64,000 nt of DNA from Octopus sinensis (Eukaryota): assembly GCF_006345805.1 (NCBI RefSeq), contig NC_043022.1:372001-436000 (forward strand), written 5' to 3'. Shown in pieces: positions 53,071 through 64,000 of the stretch. Under the pieces are notes generated by a model. It ran no database searches and was not told the DNA's origin. It saw only the letters and a list, made by a program, of their open reading frames with translations. The translations under genes and the position numbers were made by a program. Within the stretch, counting starts at the first letter, position 1; each line of letters opens with the position of its first letter.

Positions 53071-53667
53071 GAGAGGCCTGGTGGATGCGAGAGAGGCCTG
53101 GTGGATGCGAGAGATGCCTGGAGGATGCGAGAGAGGCCTGGAGGATGCGAGAGATTCCTGGAGGATGCGAGAGAGGCCTGGTGGATGCGAGAGAGGCCTG
53201 GTTGATGCGAGAGAGGCCTGGAGGATGCGAGAGATTCCTGGAGGATGCGAGAGAGGCCTGGAGGATGCGAGAGATTCCTGGTGGATGCGAGAGAGGCCTG
53301 GTGGATGCGAGAGAGGCCTGGTGGATGCGAGAGAGGCCTGGAGGATGCGAGAGATTCCTGGACGATGCGAGAGAGGCCTGGAGGACGCGAGAGATTCCTG
53401 GAGGATGCGAGAGAGGCCTGGTGGATGCGAGAGAGGCCTGGTTGATGCGAGAGAGGCCTGGTGGATGCGAGAGAAGCCTGGTTGATGCGAGAGAGGCCTG
53501 GTGGATGCGAGAGAGGCCTGGTGGATGCGAGAGAGGCCTGGTTGATGCGAGGGAGGCCTGGTGGATGCGAGAGAGCCTGGTGGATGCGAGAGAGGCCTTG
53601 TGGATGCGAGAGAGGCCTGGTGGATGCGAGGGAGGCCTGGTGGATGCGAGAGAGGCCTGGTGGATGC
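53071..53667. repeat. 20-bp minisatellite, about 30 units (GAGAGGCCTGGWGGATGCGA)
   Basis: Direct reading. Confidence 0.95.
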
Positions 53668-54090
53668 CGTACAATGGCGTCCAATCCAGGGGGAGCTTTG
53701 TTTGAAAGAGAGAAACCAGTGCCAAAAGTAAATAAACACGTCTCATTGTACGGTTCTCTCTGAACGAACTCTCCTCCTTAGTATGAAACACAGAGAGGCT
53801 AAACCATTAAAATCTGCTCGAGGCCTGCCTAGGAGATTAAGTATTTTAATATCTCAAATGACATTATTTTGCTTCAAGAGATAAAGCATTCAAAAGCGAG
53901 GGTGTCTGTTTACTTTTGAAATGACTGTGTTCATTGACACACGTTTGTATATATAAACAAGTGTCAATTAAAGTATATACGGATACGTATGTTTCAAGAG
54001 AGCACAGATGTATGTTGAACGGGTACAAATGTGTGTGTTATTAACTATGGACACTGTGTTTCCTCCTTGATTTAGCTTCATTGGCATATA

Positions 54091-54326
54091 CACGGGGTTC
54101 AAAAAGTCTCTCCGCAGTGAAATCTTTCACCCTGCGCATCACCATGGCGCTACTTCGAGAGTTTTTCAGTGAACGGATTATTTCGAAGGGACTTTGACCA
54201 CCAACGTCACCTAACTTAACACCGCCAGACTTTTTTTTCCTGGGGAGCAAGTAAAGGATCAGTGTAGAAGAATCGCCGGAAAACCATTAAATACTTACTG
54301 CGGAGAGATCTTTTGAACAGCCTGTG
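54091..54326 (+). mobile_element. Internally deleted Tc1/mariner-superfamily element
   Basis: TIRs gttcaaaaagtctctccgcagt / actgcggagagatcttttgaac after TA. The interior reads FSERIISKGL*PPTSPNLTPPDFF, like the WPPRSPDLTP motif. Confidence 0.75.
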
Positions 54327-54349
54327 TGTGTGTGTGTGTGTGTGTGTAT

Positions 54350-54920
<571 letters not shown>

Positions 54921-55647
54921 TGTGTGTGTGCGTGTATGTATGTATGTATATATTTATATGTATTATTTGTGAGTTAACTAGGCAACCAATGCCTTCATGT
55001 AAAGAGATCTTCACAATTCTTCAAATGTACCAATTCGAACTGTTGCTACTCGTGTCCTTTTGGGATGAGAATATTAGTGTTTATGTATGTATACTTACAC
55101 ACACATATATATATGTGTGTGTATGTCCGTATGCATATATATATATATATATATATTATTATATATCTAATATATATATATATATTTATGGACTCCCGTT
55201 GTTAGACAACGTATGAGGGTGATTTGTTTTATTATAGTGATCTGTTTGTGTACACATAAGCTCACTCCCTCAATCAAATCAACATTACCTGTCCAGGTAC
55301 ACCGTGTGCCACATGTCAGATGACGAAATGATCGCAGAGCAACGTGAAATGAAGTGCTTTGCTCAAGAACACAACGCAACGCTAGGTCTGGGAATCGAAC
55401 CCACGATCTTGCAATCGTGAGCGCAACACTCTGACCACTAAACCATGCGCCTTCACACATATATAGATGGACAGATAGATATTCTTTGTAAGCCTAGTAC
55501 TTATTCTATCGGACTCTTTTGACGAACCGCCATGTTACGGAGACGTAAACACACATACATCGGTTGTCAAGTGATGGTGAGTGCGACAAACACAGACACA
55601 CACACACACACACACACGCACACACACACACAAACACACACACACAC

Positions 55648-55679
<32 letters not shown>

Positions 55680-55771
55680 CGACGGGTTTCTTCCAGTTTC
55701 CGTCTACATACATACATACATACATACATACATACACATCCAGATTACAATTTTAGATAGATAGATAGATT

Positions 55772-55859
<88 letters not shown>

Positions 55860-56519
55860 TGGAGTGAGAGAGAAAAAGAGAGAGAAAGAGGTCTATCCAT
55901 ATATGTACATACATGTAAAATTATGCAAATAATCTAAATCTTCTGGAGGTGAAAGGAAGCAAGAACAACAATGCAGATCTAATGAAGCCAAATCGAGGCA
56001 AAAACGCGGTGTCCATGGCTGCCATTCACTTCCGAAGCCCGTCATCATAATTCAATGTTGAATTTATTCTTAATTTATAATAAATTCATTTCCCTTTCTC
56101 GTTTAGAATCGCTGGGTTACGTTTATAGTTATTGTTAAAGAAAACACGTTTATCGTTCAGTACGCTCTCGATTCACTTTGTTTTCGAAATTCATGTCGAC
56201 AGGCCTTCTCGCATTGAATTCTTTCAGCACCTTTAGGTGTGTGTGTGCGTATACGTATGTATATATGCACATATATATGTATACGCACACACACACACAT
56301 ATATATATATATATACATACATACATATATATATATAATGGTTGTACACAGGAAAAATGTGTCAAAGCCATCAGGAGGCGTCGATGCTTCCTAGGGCTAA
56401 ACAGCGGTGGTGTAACCCCCTACTGTCACGTTCACGTTAGATTGACAGTATACAACAATTCTATCGCCACACCACCGTACATATCTCTATGAGAGATTTA
56501 GAAATTTAATATTTCTGAC

Positions 56520-56539
56520 ATATATATATATACATACTC

Positions 56540-56619
<80 letters not shown>

Positions 56620-56629
56620 GTATATAATG

Positions 56630-56671
<42 letters not shown>

Positions 56672-56740
56672 AATTATATATATATGTATATATGTATGTA
56701 TGTACACATACACATATATGCATATATATATATATATACA

Positions 56741-56777
<37 letters not shown>

Positions 56778-56836
56778 TATATATATATACATAATATATA
56801 ATATATATATATATGTATATATATATGATATATATA

Positions 56837-56899
<63 letters not shown>

Positions 56900-58227
56900 C
56901 ACATACACATATGTGCATATATATATACATATATACATATATATATATATATAGACATATATATATATACATATATATAATATATATATATAATATATAT
57001 ATATATCTCGTATATATATATATATATATATATATATGGTATATATATATATACGTATATATATATATATATATAATATATATATATATATAGGTTATAT
57101 ATATATTATATATATATATATATATATAGATATATATATACATATATACATACATATATATATACATATATATATATATATAAGAATACAAGAGTTAAGG
57201 AATGGAAGATAAGATCCCCCAGTCACACACACATACACTCATACACACACCACATATACATACGCACACATGCTCCTTCTCTCTTTTCCCCCTCCTCTTT
57301 CTCCCTTTCTGTCTTCCTCTCTCTCTCTCTCTCTCGCTCTCTCGGTCTCTCTCTTTCTTTCTCTCTCTCTCATGTGCCCTATTTTCTATCTCTTCCCTCT
57401 CCTCTCTCTCTCTCCGTCCTCTTTCCACACTCCTCCCCGCGCACACTCTCTCTCTCCCTCTGCCTCCTCCTTAGTCTGTTTCTCTCTCTATTTCTACCTC
57501 ATCCTCTTTCATTTACCACGTCATACAAACGTCTGGGAAAATCCTAAATCATTTACTAACATCGCTCATTCGCTGACTCATTCACTCACTCACTCACTCA
57601 CTCATTCACTCACTCACTCACTCACTCATTCACTCATTCCCATAACTCATTCATTCCTTCATTCGCACAATCACTTCCTCGTTCACTTATTCGTTCATTC
57701 GCCAACAAATACGCTTATTATTATCAATGTAGCCACTCACACCACACACACATACACACATATACATACACACATAAACACATACACACGTACATGCACA
57801 CACACACACACACACGTATATACACACGTGTACATACAAACACACAAGCACATACACATAAACATACACACACACGAACATACACACGTAAACACATTTA
57901 GACGCGTATACGCATACACTCACACACACACATATACACACGTATACGCACACACACTCACACACACACACACACCTACTACCTTCCAAGCAACACGCCA
58001 GCACACACACATCCGCGCAGAGTATCTCGGAACACCTCAGCGTTGAGGGGAAACACCGTACGAGAGATATGACGTCATCGATCACGTGTACTGGGGAAAC
58101 ATTAAAAAAAAACAGAGAGGAAGCAAAAATTGAACGAACCCCAAAAATGGAAATGGAGGAAATACACACACACACGAACACACACGCACACACACGAACA
58201 CACGCACACACACGAACACACACACGC

Positions 58228-58269
<42 letters not shown>

Positions 58270-58379
58270 GCACACACGAACACACACGCACACACACGAA
58301 CACACGCACACACACGAACACACACGCACACACACGAACACACGCACACACACACACACTCACACACACACACACACGC

Positions 58380-58414
<35 letters not shown>

Positions 58415-58468
58415 TACACACACACACGCACACACACGCATACACACACACACACGCACACACACGCA

Positions 58469-58500
<32 letters not shown>

Positions 58501-58801
58501 GTTGTCCATACATAGACACGATTACGTATCCATATATTCAAATATATACATATATATATGTGCATGTATATATATATATATATATGTGCATGTATATATA
58601 TATATATATACGTGTGTGTGTGTGTGTATGAGTGTATGTGTCTGTGTGTATGCGTATACGTGCCTATAAGTGTTTATGTGTTTATGTATACATGTGTATA
58701 TGTGTTTATATATGTGTGCGCGTATGTGTATGATTGATTGATTCTAGTTTCACGAGCTGTGGCCATGCTGGGGCACCGCCATTTGCATATGTATATATAT
58801 G

Positions 58802-58835
<34 letters not shown>

Positions 58836-59396
58836 TACAATGTATATATATATATAATATGTATATATATATGTATATATATATATATACATATGTATGT
58901 ATATATATATATATATAATATATATAAATATTATGTATATATATGTATATATTATGTATATATATGTATATATATTTATATATATATACTGTATGTATAT
59001 ATATATAATATGTATATATGTATAATATGTATATATATATAATACATATAAATATAATGTATATGTATAGGTATATATATATATAGATATGTGCAATGAC
59101 AAACACACGCACATATATAAGGACATATATGCATTCACATACACGCATATATGTGTGCGCACACATGCATTCATACGTCCACTCTAGCATACACACATTC
59201 GAATATAGACATGCAGGCACTCCTAAATGTATATATATACACACACACACATGTTCCCACCCACACACATAAATAATTACATGTATACGTATACATCTGT
59301 ACAAAATACATGTATATGCACATACAGACATTTATGCAGATGTGCATATGCGCACGCATGTGTGTGTGTGTATGTGAGAGCGCGAGCGTAATGTAT

Positions 59397-59428
<32 letters not shown>

Positions 59429-59445
59429 ATATATATAATTATATA
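56520..59445. repeat. Composite TA/CT/CA/TCAC microsatellite field
   Basis: Direct reading. Confidence 0.9.
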
Positions 59446-59447
59446 TA

Positions 59448-59695
59448 TTGGGTTGGTGCATAATTATTGCGGCTTTTTACAACAAATTTTATTCAACAAA
59501 AACAATAACAATATTTAACAAAAACAACTTTAAATGATGCTCTCACCGTCTGCCAAGCAAATGGGAAGCAGTAATTGAAGTGGATGGTGAATATGCTCCG
59601 GAATAATCATTTAAAGATGTTTTTGTTAAATATTGTTATGGTTTTTGTTGAATAAAATTTGTTGAAAAACGCTGCAATAAATATGCACAACCCAA
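59448..59695 (+). mobile_element. mariner-derived MITE with TA target duplication
   Basis: About 90-bp inverted arms ttgggttggtgcataattattgc / gcaataaatatgcacaacccaa. The interior encodes LPSKWEAVIEVDGEY, a mariner transposase C-terminus. Confidence 0.85.
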
Positions 59696-59696
59696 T

Positions 59697-59740
<44 letters not shown>

Positions 59741-59744
<4 letters not shown>

Positions 59745-61410
59745 AACAAGTAAAAAATAGAAAATGCTAAAATAATTTTATAGTGAACATTTCAGTACCG
59801 GTTTCGGTCATTTGAGACCTTTTCAACTGTAACGATTAAATAATTAAATTTAGAAAAATTAGAAGAAAAGTTTTTTTAAAAGAATATTTCTATAGTAGTG
59901 TTCAGATTTAAGTGGCATTCTGCCTTTCTCTGACTCCCTTGTTTGCACTTGTGTGTTCGAGGTAGTTGTGAGTTCTTGGTAGGGTAGTAGAGGGAAGGCT
60001 GGTGAGGAAAGGGGGGTGGGAGAATCTGGGAGTGCCCTGATGGTCGTATTTTGAATGGTCAGTGGCGGCTGGCAGTCTCAGTTCAATTCAGAGAATATTT
60101 ATATTGACAGGCTTGTTTATATAATTAGCGTAGGTGTTATACTAAAAAACATTAGTGACAAACTTAAGGGGTAGGGGGTGGAGAAAAGAAGAAGAAGAAG
60201 AAGAAGAAGAAGAAGGAGAAGGAGAAGGAGAAGATGACGATGATGGTGATGGTGGTGATGATATATGACGACGATGATGATGATAACGATGATGATGAAG
60301 AGAAGAAGAAGAGAAGAAGAAGAAGGAAGGAGGAGAAGGAGAGATGGTGGTGATGATGGTGGCGATGATGATGATGCCGATGGGTGTAAATATAGCTATG
60401 AAGGGGCTGATTAGTAATGGATTCTATGGAGTGTAGTATTTGTGTGTATATATATTTTTTTTTCTTTTATTCTAAAGTTGAGGTATATTATGTTTTGTCG
60501 TAGACCCGTTAAGAGTGGCTTGTATTTTGTAATAAAGAGATTTTCTTTACTTATTCGTTGTCTCGAGGTTGTATCGTCCCTAAATTGGTAGAGGGGGAAA
60601 ATTCTGAAGTTTGGTGTTTTTTTTTGGCGCAAGTATCTATGTGTTGGCTAAAAGCTATTTTTCTGTTTTGGGGAATTTTTATCTGGGATCTGTGCAGGCC
60701 ATTCGTTTACGCAAACCATTTTTTGTTTGGCCTATGTACTGCTCTTGACACCCGGAGCAGGTTAGTGAGTATATTAGGTTCTCCGAAGCACATATGAAGT
60801 TGCTTTTCACTGTAAAACGTTGTCCCTGTTTGAAGGAGAACTCAGAACCCTCGATTAGATAGTCGCATATCCCGCAATTGGGTCTTCCACATTTTTTTAC
60901 TGTCGGCTTCTGTGTTGAAGAGTGAATTCGGGCTTGTGTAAGGAGACTTTTCATGGATCTAGGCTGTCTTTTGCTTTTTATGATCGTGTGTGTTTGGAGG
61001 ATTGTGTTCATTCTGTGGTCTTTTTTTAGGAGGAGGGTATGTTGTGGAGGATGGTGTCGAAGGCTTCGTTATTGAGAGGGTTGTGTGTGGAGATGTATGG
61101 TAAGGCTTTTGGTTGTAAGTTTTTCTTTGATTTGGGATGTCTCAGTTCCTTGATGTTAAGTTGAAGGGCACGTTGAATGCATTTGTCAATAAGTGAAGGT
61201 GGATAGTTCCTGGTGATTAGGGTATCTTTTAGTTCTTGTAGTCGTGTGTCTCTGGTGTTTGCGTTAGAGACTATAGTGCATATCCTTTTTGCTAGATTGA
61301 AGGGGATATTCATCCTGGTGTGTCTGGGGTGGCATGAATTGAATGGAAGATATTGCTTAGAGTCTGTAGGCTTATAGTATATGTCTGTTTCTATTATATT
61401 ATTAGCTTTC
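59741..61410 (-). mobile_element. 5'-truncated Penelope-like retroelement (Neptune-type) within (TA)n: RT thumb, Cys-rich linker, GIY-YIG endonuclease, 3' pLTR
   Basis: TDIYYKPTDSKQYLPFNSCHP; CGRPNCGIC; NLIYSLTCSGCQEQYIGQT; KENLFITKYKPLL. Frameshifted, with (TA)n on both flanks. Confidence 0.93.
59789..59833 (-). ncRNA. Minimal hammerhead ribozyme variant (U3-A8) in the Penelope pLTR
   Basis: GTTACAG-TTGAAAA-GGTC-TCAAAT-GACC-GAA-ACCGGT-A-CTGAAAT, on the same strand as the element ORF. Confidence 0.75.
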
Positions 61411-61451
61411 TTATATATATATATATATATATATACGCACACACACAATAT

Positions 61452-61998
61452 AGGCGTAGGAGAGGCAAGAACCTTGCTTCCCAACCACATTGTTCTGGGT
61501 TCAGTCCCACTGCGTGGCACTTTGTGCAAGTGTCTTCTACTGTAACCTCTGGTTGACAAAAAGCCTTGTTAGACGGAAACTGAAAGAAGCCCGTCGTATA
61601 TATTATGTGTGTGAGTGTGTCTTTGTGTCTGTCCCCCGCTCTTCAACCATCACAGCTTGACAATTAGTGTTAGTCTGCTTACATCCCATAACTTACCGGT
61701 TCGGCGAAAGAGACCGATAGAATAAGTATTAGGCTTGAAAACAAAATAAATGTGTATACATACACGCACACACACACATATTTTATACTTTTAGTTGTTT
61801 CAGTCATTTGACTGCAGCCATGCTGGAGCACCGCCTTTAATCGAGCAAATCGATCTCCCATGACTTATTCTTTGTAAACCTAGTATTTATTCTATCAGTC
61901 ATTTTTCTCGAACAGCTAAGTTACGGGGGCGTAAACACACCAGCATCAGTTGTCAAGCGATGTTGGGGGGGGAAAACACAGACACACAAATACTTACA

Positions 61999-62067
<69 letters not shown>

Positions 62068-62207
62068 GCGCAGGCGTGATTGTGTGGTAAAAAGCTTGCT
62101 TCCCAAGCACATGGTTCCGGGTTCAGTCCCACTGCTGAGCACCTTAGGCAAGTATCTTCTACTATAGCCTTGTGTGTGGATTTGGTAGGCAGAAACTGAA
62201 AGAAGTC

Positions 62208-62252
<45 letters not shown>

Positions 62253-62412
62253 CGTGTGCGTTTGTGTGTGTGTGTGCGTGTGCGTTTGTGTGTGTGTGTG
62301 TGTGCCGAAACTGATAGAATAAATTCCAGGTTTGATTCGTTCGGCTAAAACTTTTGAAGGCAGTGCCCCAGCATGGCCGCAGTCTAATGACTGAAACAAG
62401 TAAAAGATAAAA
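61452..62412. mobile_element. Three SINE family A copies in alternating orientation (61452-61740 +, 61785-62000 -, 62067-62412 +)
   Basis: Similarity to 11691-12090. Confidence 0.82.
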
Positions 62413-62864
62413 CAAAAAAGATACACATCCACCTATCCCTCTATACACACAGGCATACATGCACACATACATACATACATGCATGCATGCACGCATGCGT
62501 ACATGTTTGTACGTATGTATGCATGTATGTATGTGTGTATGTGTGTATGTATAAATATGTGTGTATGTGTGTATGTATACATATATATATATATACACAC
62601 ATATAGTCAAAAATGATAGACAGACAGACAGATATTAATACATATTTACACTCTCACAGAAATGCATATATACATACAGACATACAGACAGACACATGCA
62701 TAAACAGATGCATTCACACACACACACACACACATGTACTTATACACACAAGTACGGTCATACACTTATAGCCACACAGTCCTTCCTCCACCTTACACAC
62801 ACCACACACATGCTCAAATACACACACACACACACACACACACACACCACACACATGCTCAAAT

Positions 62865-62901
<37 letters not shown>

Positions 62902-63221
62902 CTCAAATGCACACACACACACACACTAAATGGAAGACTGACAAATGCAGAGTGTAAAGAATGAGAGACAACTTTGTCAGATCACGTGTCCGACACACGA
63001 GGAGTTACGCGCTTCGCTTACGCATAATCCGGAAAGACTTCTGTGTGTGCGCGTGCGCGCGTGCATGTACATCTGTTGATAGTCGTCTTCTAACTGTTGT
63101 TGTTCCTGTTGCCCTTATCGAAATAGTAGTAGTAGTATTAGTAGTAGTAGTTTTATTTAAAAATATATTTCTATAACTGAACTAAATGTGTGTATACAGA
63201 TACTTGTACAGTTACAAGTTC

Positions 63222-63291
<70 letters not shown>

Positions 63292-63387
63292 ATTTATATA
63301 TGTGTTTGTGTGTATACTTATGCATATGCATATATGTGTATACATATATATATATGTGTGTGTGTGTACGTGTGTGCGTACATACAA

Positions 63388-63418
<31 letters not shown>

Positions 63419-63595
63419 CATATACACAATACACGGATATATACACATAGGCGTACATGTACGCATATTGCATTTAGATGGCAAACATGAATAGTTCGTG
63501 GTTACGCATGTGCATACATTAAGTATGCATGTATGTCCGTTTTATTACGCGTGTACATACACATAAATACATGTATGTGTATGTATAACTATATC

Positions 63596-63644
<49 letters not shown>

Positions 63645-63645
63645 T

Positions 63646-63713
<68 letters not shown>

Positions 63714-64000
63714 TATAATGCTTCAGCGAAGAAAATGCCCTGACGTCATAGAAGTGTCGCCATGCCAACTACGAATTTGATTATTATTATTACCACTACT
63801 ACAACAACAAGCACCCACACCACCACCACCTCCACCGCTGCCGCCGCCACCACCACCATCACCACAACCACCACAACCACCACCACCACCACCACCGCCA
63901 CCACTCCTGCAGTTGTCTGACAAACGTTGTTGCATTTGTTTTTGTTTTTAATCTCTTTTTTCTTCTCAATTTTTATTACAACATCAAAAGCTCGAAACGG

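Noticed and set aside
53004-53791. Repeat-protein ORFs in five or six frames
   Set aside because: Product of the 20-bp minisatellite.

Overview
Eukaryotic, AT-rich DNA saturated with microsatellites and SINEs. The repeat content looks like an octopus (coleoid cephalopod) genome, which is an inference. The left two-thirds holds a minus-strand intron-exon gene of unrecognised family. Five phase-consistent GT-AG exons lie at 10549-23 and the gene continues past the left edge. A possible first exon at 40961-40901 could join them through an 11-nt microexon. Almost all ORF-track entries are repeat artefacts. Mobile DNA includes three SINE families, RTE and Tx1/L1 LINE remnants, a Penelope-like (Neptune-type) retroelement, non-autonomous Helitrons and hAT/mariner/piggyBac MITEs. 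There is also a tRNA-Gln pseudogene, a 48-bp hairpin array of about 68 units and a 20-bp array. The most interesting signal is a set of unrelated non-coding elements, mostly sitting in (TA)n tracts and often folded back as palindromes, that carry variant type I hammerhead-ribozyme motifs (U4C, U3-A8, 1-nt core insertions). One is a ~359-nt tandem plus inverted unit with three ribozyme copies, a candidate retrozyme/circRNA-producing element. All structures were derived by eye; no search or folding program was run.
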